64,000 nucleotides of DNA. It comes from Eledone cirrhosa. Its lineage: Eukaryota. Below the pieces are notes generated by a model. That model was not told where the DNA came from. It searched no databases and was given only the letters and a program-made list of their open reading frames with translations. Positions 41,401 to 57,777 of the stretch are shown here, piece by piece. Position numbers and translations under genes: made by a program. The stretch lies in assembly GCA_964016885.1 (NCBI GenBank), contig OZ024740.1:33294001-33358000 (forward strand), read 5' to 3'. Position 1 is the first letter of the stretch. Each line of letters opens with the position of its first letter.

Positions 41401-44400
41401 AAGTGTTCATCTATATATTTTAGATAGAAAGTGACCATCTATATATTTTAGATAAAGAGTGACCATCTATATATTTTAGATAGAAAGTGTTCATCTATAT
41501 ATTCTAGATAGAAAGTTTTCATATATATATTCTAGATAGAAAGTGACCATCTATATATTTTAGATAGAAAGTGTTCATCTATATATTCTAGATAGAAAGT
41601 GACCATCTATACATTCTAGATATAAAGTGTTCATCTATATAATCTAGATAGAAAGTGTTCATCTATATATTCTAGATAGAAAGTGACCATGTATATATTC
41701 TAGATAGAAAGTGTTCATCTATATATTTTAGATAGAAATTGACCATCTATATATTTTAGATAGAAAGTGACCATCTATATATTTTAGATAGAAAGTAACC
41801 ATCTATATATTCTAGATAGAAAGTGTTCATCTATATATTCCTGATAGAAAGTGTTCATCTATATAATCTAGATAGAAAGTGTTCATCTATATGTTCTAGA
41901 TAAAAAGTGACCATGTATATATTCTAGATAGAAAGTAACCATCTACATATTTTAGATTGAAAATGACCATCTATATATATATTCTAGATAGAAAGTGTTC
42001 ATATATATATTCTAGATAGAAAGTGTTCATATATATATTCTAGATAGAAAGTGTTCATCTATATATTCCAGATAAAAAGTGTTCATCTATATATTCTACA
42101 TAGAAAGTGTTCATCTATATATTTTAGATAGAAAGTGTTTATTTATATATTCTAGATAGAAAGTGTTCATCTATATATTTTAGATAGAAAGTGACCATCT
42201 ATATATTTTAGACAGAAAGTGTTCATCTATATATTCTAGATAGATAGTGTTCATCTATATATTCTAGATAGAAAGTGACCATCTATATATTCCAGATAGA
42301 AAGTGTTCATCTATATATTCTAGATAGAAAGTGTTCATCTATATATTCTACATAGAAAGTGTTCATCTATATATTTTACATAGAAAGTGTTTATTTATAT
42401 ATTCTAGATAGAAAGTGTTCATCTATATATTCTAGATAGAAAGTGACCATCTATATATTCTAGATAGAATGTATTCATCTATATTTTCTAGATAGAAAGT
42501 GACCATCTATATATTCTATATAGAAAGTGACCATTTATATATTTTAGATAGAAAGTGTTCATTTATATATTCTAGATAGAAAATGACCATCTATATATTT
42601 TAGATAGAAAGTGACCATCTATATATTTTAGACAGAAAGTGTTCATCTATATATTCTAGATAGAAAGTGACCATCCATATAATCTAGATAGAAAGTTTTC
42701 ATATATATATTCTAGATAGAAAGTGACCATCTATATATTCCAGATAGAAAGTGTTCATCTATATATTCTAGATAGAAAGTGTTCATCTATATATTCTACA
42801 TAGAAGGTGTTCATCTATATATTTTAGATAGAAAGTGTTTATTTATATATTCTAGATAGAAAGTGTTCATCTATATATTCTAGATAGAAAGTGACCATCT
42901 ATATATTCTAGATAGAATGTATTCATCTATATTTTCTAGATAGAAAGTGACCATCTATATATTCTAGATAGAAAGTGTTCATCTATATATTCTAGATAGA
43001 AAGTGACTATCTATATATTCTAGATAGAAAATGACAATCTATATATTTCAGATAGAATGTGACCATCTATATATTTTAAATAGAAAATGACCATCTATAT
43101 ATTCTAGATAGAAAGTGACCATCTATATATTTTAGATAGAAAGTGACCATCTATATATTTTAGACAGAAAGTGTTCATCTATATATTCTACATAGAAAAT
43201 GTTCATCTATATACTTTAGATAGAAAGTGTTTATTTATATATTCTAGATAGAAAGTGTTCATCTATATATTCTAGATAGAAAGTGACCATCTATATATTC
43301 TAGATAGAATGTATTCATCTATATTTTCTAGATAGAAAGTGACCATCTATATATTCTAGATAGAAAGTGACCATCTATATATTCTATATAGAAAGTGACC
43401 ATTTATATATTTTAGATAGAAAGTGTTCATCTATATATTCCAGATAGAAAGTGTTCATCTATATAATCTAGATAGAAAGTGTTCATCTATATATTCTAGA
43501 TAGAAAGTGACCATGTATATATTCTAGATAGAAAGTAACCATCTATATATTTTAGATTGAAAATGACCATCTATATATATATTCTAGATAGAAAGTGTTC
43601 ATATATATATTCTAGATAGAAAGTGTTCATATATATATTCTAGATAGAAAGTGTTCATCTATATATTCCAGATAAAAAGTGTTCATCTATATATTCTACA
43701 TAGAAAGTGTTCATCTATATATTTTAGATAGAAAGTGTTTATTTATATATTCTAGATAGAAAGTGTTCATCTATATATTTTAGATAGAAAGTGACCATCT
43801 ATATATTCTATATAGAAAGTGACATCTATATATATTAGATAGAAAGTGTTCATCTATATATTCTAGATAGAAAATGACCATCTATATATTTTAGATAGAA
43901 AGTGACCATCTATATATTTTAGACAGAAAGTGTTCATCTATATATTCTAGATAGAAAGTGACCATCTATATATTCTAGATAGAAAATGACCATCTATATA
44001 TTTTAGATAGAAAGTGTTCATCTATATATTCTAGATAGAAAGTGACCATCTATATATTCTAGATAGAATGTGTTCATCTATATATTCTAGATAGAAAGTG
44101 ACTATCTATATATTCTAGATAGAAAATGACAATCTATATATTTCAGATAGAATGTGACCATCTATATATTTTAAATAGAAAATGACCATCTATATATTCT
44201 AGATAGAAAGTGACCATCTATATATTTTAGATAGAAAGTAACCATCTATATATTTTAGACAGAAAGTGTTCATCTATATATTCTAGATAGAAAGTGTTCA
44301 TCTATATATTCTAGATAGAAAGTGACCATCTATATATTCCAGATAGAAAGTGTTCATCTATATATTCTAGATAGAAAGTGTTCATCTATATATTCTACAT

Positions 44401-47400
44401 AGAAAGTGTTCATCTATATATTTTAGATAGAAAGTGACCATCTATATATTTTAGACAGGAAGTGTTCATCTATATATTCTAGATAGAAAGTGACCATCCA
44501 TATAATCTAGATAGCAAGTTTTCATATATATATTCTAGATAGAAAGTGACCATCTATATATTTTAGATAGAAAGTGTTCATCTATATATTCTAGAGAGAA
44601 AGTGTTCATCTATATATTTTAGATAGAAAGTGACCATCTATATATTTTAGATAAAGAGTGACCATCTATATATTTTAGATAGAAAGTGTTCATCTATATA
44701 TTCTAGATAGAAAGTTTTCATATATATATTCTAGATAGAAAGTGACCATCTATATATTTTAGATAGAAAGTGTTCATCTATATATTCTAGATAGAAAGTG
44801 ACCATCTATACATTCTAGATAGAAAGTGTTCATCTATATAATCTAGATAGAAAGTGTTCATCTATATATTCTAGATAGAAAGTGACCTTGTATATATTCT
44901 AGATAGAAAGTGTTCATCTATATATTTTAGATAGAAATTGACCATCTATATATTTTAGATAGAAAGTGACCATCTATATATTTTAGATAGAAAGTAACCA
45001 TCTATATATTCTAGATAGAAAGTGTTCATCTACATATTCCAGATAGAAAGTGTTCATCTATATAATCTAGATAGAAAGTGTTCATCTATATATTCTAGAT
45101 AGAAAGTGACCATGTATATATTCTAGATAGAAAGTAACCATCTATATATTTTAGATTGAAAATGACCATCTATATATATATTCTAGATAGAAAGTGTTCA
45201 TATATATATTCTAGATAGAAAGTGTTCATATATATATTCTAGATAGAAAGTGTTCATCTATATATTCCAGATAAAAAGTGTTCATCTATATATTTTAGAT
45301 AGAAAGTGACCATCTATATATTCTATATAGAAAGTGACATCTATATATTTTAGATAGAAAGTGTTCATCTGTATATTCTAGATAGAAAATGACCATCTAT
45401 ATATTTTAGATAGAAAGTGACCATCTATATATTTTAGACAGAAAGTGTTCATCTATATATTCTAGATAGAAAGTGTTCATCTATATATTCTAGATGGAAA
45501 GTGACCATCTATATATTCCAGATAGAAAGTGTTCATCTATATATTCTAGATAGAAAGTGTTCATCTATATATTCTACATAGAAAGTGTTCATCTATATAT
45601 TTTAGATAGAAAGTGACCATCTATATATTTTAGATAAAAAGTGACCATCTATATATTTTAGATAGAAAGTGTTCATCTATATAATCTAGATAGAAAGTGT
45701 TCATCTATATATTCTAGATAGAAAGTGACCATGTATATATTCTAGATAGAAAGTGACCATGTATATATTCTAGATAGAAAGTGACCATCTATATATTCTA
45801 GATAGAATGTATTCATCTATATTTTCTAGATAGAAAGTGACCATCTATATATTCTAGATAGAAAGTGACCATCTATATATTCTATATAGAAAGTGACCAT
45901 TTATATATTTTAGATAGAAAGTGTTCATCTATATATTCCAGATAGAAAGTGTTTATCTATATAATCTAGATAGAAAGTGTTCATCTATATATTCTAGATA
46001 GAAAGTGACCATGTATATATTCTAGATAGAAAGTAACCATCTATATATTTTAGATTGAAAATGACCATCTATATATATATTCTAGATAGAAAGTGTTCAT
46101 CTATATATTTTAGATAGAAAGTGACCATCTATATATTCTATATAGAAAGTGACATGTATATATTTTAGATAGAAAGTGTTCATCTATATATTCTAGATAG
46201 AAAATGACCATCTATATATTTTAGATAGAAAGTGACCATCTATATATTTTAGACAGAAAGTGTTCATCTATATATTCTAGATAGAAAGTGACCATCTATA
46301 TATTCTAGATAGAAAGTGTTCATCTATATATTCTAGATAGAAAGTGACTATCTATATATTCTAGATAGAAAATGACAATCTATATATTTCAGATAGAATG
46401 TGACCATCTATATATTTTAAATAGAAAATGACCATCTATATATTCTAGATAGAAAGTGACCATCTATATATTTTAGATAGAAAGTAACCATCTATATATT
46501 TTAGACAGAAAGTGTTCATCTATATATTCTAGATAGAAAGTGTTCATCTATATATTCTAGATAGAAAGTGACCATCTATATATTCCAGATAGAAAGTGTT
46601 CATCTATATATTCTAGATAGAAAGTGTTCATCTATATATTCTACATAGAAAGTGTTCATCTATATACTTTAGATAGAAAGTGTTTATTTATATATTCTAG
46701 ATAGAAAGTGTTCATCTATATATTCTAGATAGAAAGTGACTATCTATATATTCTAGATAGAATGTATTCATCTATATTTTCTAGATAGAAAGTGACCATC
46801 TATATATTCTAGATAGAAACTGACCATCTATATATTCTATATGGAAAGTGACCATTTATATATTTTAGATAGAAAGTGTTCATCTATATATTCCAGATAG
46901 AAAGTGTTTATCTATATAATCTAGATAGAAAGTGTTCATCTATATATTCTAGATAGAAAGTGACCATGTATATATTCTAGATAGAAAGTAACCATCTATA
47001 TATTTTAGATTGAAAATGACCATCTATATATATATTCTAGATAGAAAGTGTTCATATATATATTCTAGATAGAAAGTGTTCATATATATATTCTAGATAG
47101 AAAGTGTTCATCTATATATTCTACATAGAAAGTGTTCATCTATATATTTTAGATAGAAAGTGTTTATTTATATATTCTAGATAGAAAGTGTTTATTTATA
47201 TATTCTAGATAGAAAGTGTTCATCTATATATTTTAGATAGAAAGTGACCATGTATATATTCTATATAGAAAGTGACATCTATATATTTTAGATAGAAAGT
47301 GTTCATCTATATATTCTAGATAGAAAATGACCATCTATATATTTTAGATAGAAAGTGACCATCTATATATTTTAGACAGAAAGTGTTCATCTATATATTC

Positions 47401-50400
47401 TAGATAGAAAGTGACCATCTATATATTCTAGATAGAAAATGACCATCTATATATTTTAGATAGAAAGTGTTCATCTATATATTCTAGATAGAAAGTGACC
47501 ATCTATATATTCTAGATAGAAAGTGTTCATCTATATATTCTAGATAGAAAGTGACTATCTATATATTCTAGATAGAAAATGACAATCTATATATTTCAGA
47601 TAGAATGTGACCATCTATATATTTTAAATAGAAAATGACCATCTATATATTCTAGATAGAAAGTGACCATCTATATATTTTAGATAGAAAGTAACCATCT
47701 ATATATTTTAGACAGAAAGTGTTCATCTATATATTCTAGATAGAAAGTGTTCATCTATATATTCTAGATAGAAAGTGACCATCTATATATTCCAGATAGA
47801 AAGTGTTCATCTATATATTCTAGATAGAAAGTGTTCATCTATATATTCTACATAGAAAGTGTTCATCTATATATTTTAGATAGAAAGTGTTTATTTATAT
47901 ATTTCAGATAGAAAGTGTTCATCTATATATTCTAGATAGAAAGTGACCATCTATATATTCTAGATAGATTGTATTCATCTATATTTTCTAGATAGAAAGT
48001 GACCATCTATATATTCTAGATAGAAAATGACCATCTATATATTCTATATAGAAAGTGACCATTTATATATTTTAGATAGAAAGTGTTCATTTATATATTC
48101 TAGATAGAAAATGACCATCTATATATTTTAGATAGAAAGTGACCATCTATATATTTTAGACAGGAAGTGTTCATCTATATATTCTAGATAGAAAGTGACC
48201 ATCCATATAATCTAGATAGCAAGTTTTCATATATATATTCTAGATAGGAAGTGACCATCTATATATTTTAGATAGAAAGTGTTCATCTATATATTCTAGA
48301 GAGAAAGTGTTCATCTATATATTTTAGATAGAAAGTGACCATCTATATATTTTAGATAAAGAGTGACCATCTATATATTTTAGATAGAAAGTGTTCATCT
48401 ATATATTCTAGATAGAAAGTTTTCATATATATATTCTAGATAGAAAGTGACCATCTATATATTTTAGATAGAAAGTGTTCATCTATATATTCTAGATAGA
48501 AAGTGACCATCTATACATTCTAGATAGAAAGTGTTCATCTATATAATCTAGATAGAAAGTGTTCATCTATATATTCTAGATAGAAAGTGACCTTGTATAT
48601 ATTCTAGATAGAAAGTGTTCATCTATATATTTTAGATAGAAATTGACCATCTATATATTTTAGATAGAAAGTGACCATCTATATATTTTAGATAGAAAGT
48701 AACCATCTATATATTCTAGATAGAAAGTGTTCATCTACATATTCCAGATAGAAAGTGTTCATCTATATATTCTAGATAGAAAGTGACCATGTATATATTC
48801 TAGATAGAAAGTGACCATGTATATATTCTAGATAGAAAGTGACCATCTATATATTTTAGATAAAAAGTGACCATCTATATATTTTAGATAGAAAGTGTTC
48901 ATCTATATAATCTAGATAGAAAGTGTTCATCTATATATTCTAGATAGAAAGTGACTATGTATATATTCTAGATAGAAAGTGACCATGTATATATTCTAGA
49001 TAGAAAGTGACCATCTATATATTCTAGATAGAATGTATTCATCTATATTTTCTAGATAGAAAGTGACCATCTATATATTCTAGATAGAAAGTGACCATCT
49101 ATATATTCTATATAGAAAGTGACCATTTATATATTTTAGATAGAAAGTGTTCATCTATATATTCCAGATAGAAAGTGTTTATCTATATAATCTAGATAGA
49201 AAGTGTTCATCTATATATTCTAGATAGAAAGTGACCATGTATATATTCTAGATAGAAAGTAACCATCTATATATTTTAGATTGAAAATGACCATCTATAT
49301 ATATATTCTAGATAGAAAGTGTTCATATATATATTCTAGATAGAAAGTGTTCATATATATATTCTAGATAGAAAGTGTTCATCTATATATTCCAGATAAA
49401 AAGTGTTCATCTATATATTCTACATAGAAAGTGTTCATCTATATATTTTAGATAGAAAGTGTTTATTTATATATTCTAGATAGAAAGTGTTTATTTATAT
49501 ATTCTAGATAGAAAGTGTTCATCTATATATTTTAGATAGAAAGTGACCATCTATATATTCTATATAGAAAGTGACATCTATATATTTTAGATAGAAAGTG
49601 TTCATCTATATATTCTAGATAGAAAATGACCATCTATATATTTTAGATAGAAAGTGACCATCTATATATTTTAGACAGAAAGTGTTCATCTATATATTCT
49701 AGATAGAAAGTGACCATCTATATATTCTAGATAGAAAATGACCATCTATATATTTTAGAGAGAAAGTGTTCATCTATATATTCTAGATAGAAAGTGACCA
49801 TCTATATATTCTAGATAGAAAGTGTTCATCTATATATTCTAGATAGAAAGTGACTATCTATATATTCTAGATAGAAAATGACAATCTATATATTTCAGAT
49901 AGAATGTGACCATCTATATATTTTAAATAGAAAATGACCATCTATATATTCTAGATAGAAAGTGACCATCTATATATTTTAGATAGAAAGTAACCATCTA
50001 TATATTTTAGACAGAAAGTGTTCATCTATATATTCTAGATAGAAAGTGTTCATCTATATATTCTAGATAGAAAGTGTTCATCTATATATTCTACATAGAA
50101 AGTGTTCATCTATATATTTTAGATAGAAAGTGTTTATTTATATATTCTAGATAGAAAGTGTTCATCTATATATTCTAGATAGAAAGTGACCATCTATATA
50201 TTCTAGATAGATTGTATTCATCTATATTTTCTAGATAGAAAGTGACCATCTATATATTTTAGATAGAAAGTGACCATCTATATATTTTAGATAGAAAGTA
50301 ACCATCTATATATTCTAGATAGAAAGTGTTCATCTATATATTCCAGATAGAAAGTGACCATCTATATATTCTAGATAGAAAATGACCATCTATATATTCT

Positions 50401-53400
50401 ATATAGAAAGTGACCATTTATATATTTTAGATAGAAAGTGTTCATTTATATATTCTAGATAGAAAATGACCATCTATATATTTTAGATAGAAAGTGAGCA
50501 TCTATATATTTTAGACAGGAAGTGTTCATCTATATATTCTAGATAGAAAGTGACCATCCATATAATCTAAATAGAAAGTTTTCATATATATATTCTAGAT
50601 AGGAAGTGACCATCTATATATTTTAGATAGAAAGTGTTCATCTATATATTCTAGACAGAAAGTGTTCATCTATATATTTTAGATAGAAAGTGACCATCTA
50701 TATATTTTAGATAAAGAGTGACCATCTATATATTTTAGATAGAAAGTGTTCATCTATATATTCTAGATAGAAAGTTTTCATATATATATTCTAGATAGAA
50801 AGTGACCATCTATATATTTTAGATAGAAAGTGTTCATCTATATATTCTAGATAGAAAGTGACCATCTATACATTCTAGATAGAAAGTGTTCATCTATATA
50901 ATCTAGATAGAAAGTGTTCATCTATATATTCTAGATAGAAAGTGACCTTGTATATATTCTAGATAGAAAGTGTTCATCTATATATTTTAGATAGAAATTG
51001 ACCATCTATATATTTTAGGTAGAAAGTGACCATCTATATATTTTAGATAGAAAGTAACCATCTATATATTCTAGATAGAAAGTGTTCATCTATATATTCC
51101 AGATAGAAAGTGTTCATCTATATAATCTAGATAGAAAGTGTTCATCTATATATTCTAGATAGAAAGTGACCATGTATATATTCTAGATAGAAAGTAACCA
51201 TCTATATATTTTAGATTGAAAATGACCATCTATATATATATTCTAGATAGAAAGTGTTCATATATATATTCTAGATAGAAAGTGTTCATATAAATATTCT
51301 AGATAGAAAGTGTTCATCTATATATTCCAGATAAAAAGTGTTCATCTATATATTCTACATAGAAAGTGTTCATCTATATATTTTAGATAGAAAGTGTTTA
51401 TTTATATATTCTAGATAGAAAGTGTTCATCTATATATTTTAGATAGAAAGTGACCATCTATATATTCTATATAGAAAGTGACATCTATATATTTTAGATA
51501 GAAAGTGTTCATCTGTATATTCTAGATAGAAAATGACCATCTATATATTTTAGATAGAAAGTGACCATCTATATATTTTAGACAGAAAGTGTTCATCTAT
51601 ATATTCTAGATAGAAAGTGTTCATCTATATATTCTAGATGGAAAGTGACCGTCTATATATTCCAGATAGAAAGTGTTCATCTATATATTCTAGATAGAAA
51701 GTGTTCATCTATATATGCTAGATAGAAAGTGTTCATCTATATATTCTACATAGAAAGTGTTCATCTATATATTTTAGATAGAAAGTGTTTATTTATATAT
51801 TCTAGATAGAAAGTGTTCATCTATATCTTTTAGATAGAAAATGACAATCTATATATTTCAGATAGAATGTGACCATCTATATATTTTAAATAGAAAATGA
51901 CCATCTATATATTATAGATAGAAAGTGACCATCTATATATTTTAGATAGAAAGTGACCATCTATATATTTTAGACAGAAAGTGTTCATCTATATATTCTA
52001 GATAGAAAGTGTTCATCTATATATTCTAGATGGAAAGTGACCATCTATATATTCCAGATAGAAAGTGTTCATCTATATATTCTAGATAGAAAGTGTTCAT
52101 CTATATATTCTACATAGAAAGTGTTCATCTATATATTTTAGATAGAAAGTGTTTATTTATATATTCTAGATAGAAAGTGTTCGTCTATATATTCTAGATA
52201 GAAAGTGACCATCTATATATTCTAGATAGAATGTATTCATCTATATTTTCTAGATAGAAAGTGACCATCTATATATTCTAGATAGAAAGTGTTCATCTAT
52301 ATATTCTAGATAGAAAGTGACTATCTATATATTCTAGATAGAAAATGACAATCTATATATTTCAGATAGAATGTGACCATCTATATATTTTAAATAGAAA
52401 ATGACCATCTATATATTCTAGATAGAAAGTGTTCATCTATATATTCTAGATAGAAAGTGTTCATCTATATATTCTACATAGAAAGTGTTCATCTATATAT
52501 TTTAGATAGAAAGTGTTTATTCATATATTCTAGATAGAAAGTGTTCATCTATATGTTCTAGATAGAAAGTGACCATCTTTATATTTTAGATAAAAAGTGT
52601 TCATCTATATATTCTAGATAGAAAGTGACCATCTATACATTCTAGATAGAGAGTGTTCATCTATATATTCTAGATAGAAAGTGTTCATCTATATATTCCA
52701 GATAGAAAGTGTTCATCTATATATTCTAGATAGAAAGTGACCATCTATATATTCTAGATAGAAAGTGCCCATCTATATATTCTAGATAGAAAGTGACCAT
52801 GTATATATTCTAGATAGAAAGTAACCATCTATATATTTTAGATTGAAAATGACCATCTATATATATATTCTAGATAGAAAGTGTTCATATATATATTCAA
52901 TATAGAAAGTATTCATCTATATATCCCAGATAGAAAGTGTTCATCTATATATTCTACATAGAAAGTGTTCATCTATATATTTTAGATAGAAAGTGTTTAT
53001 TTATATATTCTAGATAGAAAGTGTTCATCTATATATTCCAGATAGAAAGTGTTCATCTATATATTCTAGATAGAAAGTGTTCATCTATATATTCTAGATA
53101 GAAAGTGACTATCTATATATTCTAGATAGAAAATGACAATCTATATATTTCAGATAGAATGTGACCATCTATATATTTTAAATAGAAAATGACCATCTAT
53201 ATATTCTAGATAGAAAGTGACCATCTATATATTTTAGATAGAAAGTGACCATCTATATATTTTAGACAGAAAGTGTTCATCTATATATTCTAGATAGAAA
53301 GTGTTCATCTATATATTCTAGATAGAAAGTGACCATCTATATATTACAGATAGAAAGTGTTCATCTATATATTCTAGATAGAAAGTGTTCATCTATATAT

Positions 53401-56400
53401 TCTACATAGAAAGTGTTCATCTATATATTTTAGATAGAAAGTGTTTATTTATATATTCTAGATAGAAAGTGTTCATCTATATATTCTAGATAGAAAGTGA
53501 CCATCTATATATTCTAGATAGAATGTATTCATCTATATTTTCTAAATAGAAAGTGTTCATTTATATATTCTAGATAGAAAATGACCATCTATATATTTTA
53601 GATAGAAAGTGACCATCTATATATTTTAGACAGAAAGTGTTCATCTATATATTCTAGATAGAAAGTGACCATCCATATAATCTAGATAGAAAGTTTTCAT
53701 ATATATATTCTAGATAGAAAGTTACCATCTATATATTTTAGATAGAAAGTGTTCATCTATATATTCTAGAGAGAAAGTGTTCATCTATATATTCTAGATA
53801 GAAAGTGACCATCCATATAATCTAGATAGAAAGTTTTCATATATATATTCTAGATAGAAAGTGACCATCTATATATTCCAGATAGAAAGTGTTCATCTAT
53901 ATATTCTAGATAGAAAGTGTTCATCTATATATTCTACATAGAAAGTGTTCATCTATATATTTTAGATAGAAAGTGTTTATTTATATATTCTAGATAGAAA
54001 GTGTTCATCTATATATTCTAGATAGAAAGTGACCATGTATATATTCTAGATAGAAAGTGACCATCTATATATTTTAGATAGAAAGTGTTCATCTATATAT
54101 TCTAGAGAGAAAGTGTTCATCTATATATTTTAGATTGAAAATGACCATCTATATATATATTCTAGATAGAAAGTGTTCATATATATATTCTAGATAGAAA
54201 GTGTTCATCTATATATTTTAGATAAAAAATGACCATCTATATATTTTAAATAGAAAGTGACCATCTATATATTTTAGATAGAAAGTGTTCATCTATATAA
54301 TCTAGATAGAAAGTGTTCATCTATATATTCTAGATAGAAAGTGACCATGTATATATTCTAGATAGAAAGTGACCATGTATATATTCTAGATAGAAAGTAA
54401 CCATCTATATATTTTAGATTGAAAATGACCATCTATATATATATTCTAGATAGAAAGTGTTCATATATATATTCTAGATAGAAAGTGTTCATCTATATAT
54501 TCTAGATAGAAAGTGACCATCTATATATTCCAGATAAAAAGTGTTCATCTATATATTCTACATAGAAAGTGTTCATCTATATATTTTAGATAGAAAGTGT
54601 TTATTTATATATTCTAGATAGAAAGTGTTCATCTATATATTCTAGATAGAAAGTGACCATCTATATATTCTAGATAGATTGTATTCATCTATATTTTCTA
54701 GATAGAAAGTGACCATCTATATATTCTAGATAGAAAATGACCATCTATATATTCTATATAGAAAGTGACCATTTATATATTTTAGATAGAAAGTGTTCAT
54801 TTATATATTCTAGATAGAAAATGACCATCTATATATTTTAGATAGAAAGTGACCATCTATATATTTTAGACAGGAAGTGTTCATCTATATATTCTAGATA
54901 GAAAGTGACCATCCATATAATCTAGATAGAAAGTTTTCATATATATATTCTAGATAGGAAGTGACCATCTATATATTTTAGATAGAAAGTGTTCATCTAT
55001 ATATTCTAGACAGAAAGTGTTCATCTATATATTTTAGATAGAAAGTGACCATCTATATATTTTAGATAAAGAGTGACCATCTATATATTTTAGATAGAAA
55101 GTGTTCATCTATATATTCTAGATAGAAAGTTTTCATATATATATTCTAGATAGAAAGTGACCATCTATATATTTTAGATAGAAAGTGTTCATCTATATAT
55201 TCTAGATAGAAAGTGACCATCTATACATTCTAGATAGAAAGTGTTCATCTATATAATCTAGATAGAAAGTGTTCATCTATATATTCTAGATAGAAAGTGA
55301 CCTTGTATATATTCTAGATAGAAAGTGTTCATCTATATATTTTAGATAGAAATTGACCATCTATATATTTTAGATAGAAAGTGACCATCTATATATTTTA
55401 GATAGAAAGTAACCATCTATATATTCCAGATAGAAAGTGTTCATCTATATAATCTAGATAGAAAGTGTTCATCTATATATTCTAGATAGAAAGTGACCAT
55501 GTATATATTCTAGATAGAAAGTAACCATCTATATATTTTAGATTGAAAATGACCATCTATATATTCTAGATAGAAAGTGTTCATCTATATATTTTAGATA
55601 GAAAGTGTTCATCTGTATATTCTAGATAGAAAATGACCATCTATATATTTTAGATAGAAAGTGACCATCTATATATTTTAGACAGAAAGTGTTCATCTAT
55701 ATATTCTAGATAGAAAGTGTTCATCTATATATTCTAGATGGAAAGTGACCATCTATATATTCCAGATAGAAAGTGTTCATCTATATATTCTAGATAGAAA
55801 GTGTTCATCTATATATTTTAGATAGAAAGTGTTTATTTATATATTCTAGATAGAAAGTGTTCATCTATATCTTTTAGATAGAAAATGACAATCTATATAT
55901 TTCAGATAGAATGTGACCATCTATATATTTTAAATAGAAAATGACCATCTATATATTCTAGATAGAAAGTGACCATCTATATATTTTAGATAGAAAGTGA
56001 CCATCTATATATTTTAGACAGAAAGTGTTCATCTATATATTCTAGATAGAAAGTGTTCATCTATATATTCTAGATGGAAAGTGACCATCTATATATTCCA
56101 GATAGAAAGTGTTCATCTATATATTCTAGATAGAAAGTGTTCATCTATATATTCTACATAGAAAGTGTTCATCTATATATTTTAGATAGAAAGTGTTTAT
56201 TTATATATTCTAGATAGAAAGTGTTCGTCTATATATTCTAGATAGAAAGTGACCATCTATATATTCTAGATAGAATGTATTCATCTATATTTTTTAGATA
56301 GAAAGTGACCATCTATATATTCTAGATAGAAAGTGTTCATCTATATATTCTAGATAGAAAGTGACTATCTATATATTCTAGATAGAAAATGACAATCTAT

Positions 56401-57761
56401 ATATTTCAGATAGAATGTGACCATCTATATATTTTAAATAGAAAATGACCATCTATATATTCTAGATAGAAAGTGTTCATCTATATATTCTAGATAGAAA
56501 GTGTTCATCTATATATTCTACATAGAAAGTGTTCATCTATATATTTTAGATAGAAAGTGTTTATTCATATATTCTAGATAGAAAGTGTTCATCTATATAT
56601 TCTAGATAGAAAGTGACCATCTTTATATTTTAGATAAAAAGTGTTCATCTATATATTCTAGATAGAATGTGACCATCTATACATTCTAGATAGAGAGTGT
56701 TCATCTATATATTCTAGATAGAAAGTGTTCATCTATATATTCCAGATAGAAAGTGTTCATCTATATATTCTAGATAGAAAGTGACCATCTATATATTCTA
56801 GATAGAAAGTGCCCATCTATATATTCTAGATAGAAAGTGACCATGTATATATTCTAGATAGAAAGTAACCATCTATATATTTTAGATTGAAAATGACCAT
56901 CTATATATATATTCTAGATAGAAAGTGTTCATATATATATTCAAGATAGAAAGTATTCATCTATATATCCCAGATAGAAAGTGTTCATCTATATATTCTA
57001 CATAGAAAGTGTTCATCTATATATTTTAGATAGAAAGTGTTTATTTATATATTCTAGATAGAAAGTGTTCATCTATATATTTCAGATAGAAAGTGTTCAT
57101 CTATATATTCTAGATAGAAAGTGACCATCTATATATTCTAGATAGAAAGTGTTCATCTATATATTCTAGATAGAAAGTGACTATCTATATATTCTAGATA
57201 GAAAATGACAATCTATATATTTCAGATAGAATGTGACCATCTATATATTTTAAATAGAAAATGACCATCTATATATTCTAGATAGAAAGTGACCATCTAT
57301 ATATTTTAGATAGAAAGTGACCATCTATATATTTTAGACAGAAAGTGTTCATCTATATATTCTAGATAGAAAGTGTTCATCTATATATTCTAGATAGAAA
57401 GTGACCATCTATATATTCCAGATAGAAAGTGTTCATCTATATATTCTAGATAGAAAGTGTTCATCTATATATTCTACATAGAAAGTGTTCATCTATATAT
57501 TTTAGATAGAAAGTGTTTATTTATATATTCTAGATAGAAAGTGTTCATCTATATATTCTAGATAGAAAGTGACCATCTATATATTCTAGATAGAATGTAT
57601 TCATCTATATTTTCTAGATAGAAAGTGACCATCTATATATTCTATATAGAAAGTGACCATTTATATATTTTAGATAGAAAGTGTTCATTTATATATTCTA
57701 GATAGAAAATGACCATCTATATATTTTAGATAGAAAGTGACCATCTATATATTTTAGACAG
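32479..57761. repeat. 28-bp tandem satellite array, segment 3
   Basis: Same monomer. A patchwork of shorter duplicated blocks beyond ~36.7 kb. Confidence 0.99.
57746..57761 (+). repeat. Left target-site duplication of Tx1-like element (TATATATTTTAGACAG)
   Basis: Identical 16-mer at 61385-61400. Removing the element and one copy restores the monomer order seen uninterrupted near 42600-42690 and 53590-53680. Confidence 0.92.
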
Positions 57762-57777
57762 GTCACAACGTATAGAT

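Noticed and set aside
1-57761. CRISPR array (28-bp partly palindromic repeats)
   Set aside because: Repeats are head-to-tail with no unique spacers, there are no cas genes, and the context is eukaryotic LINEs.
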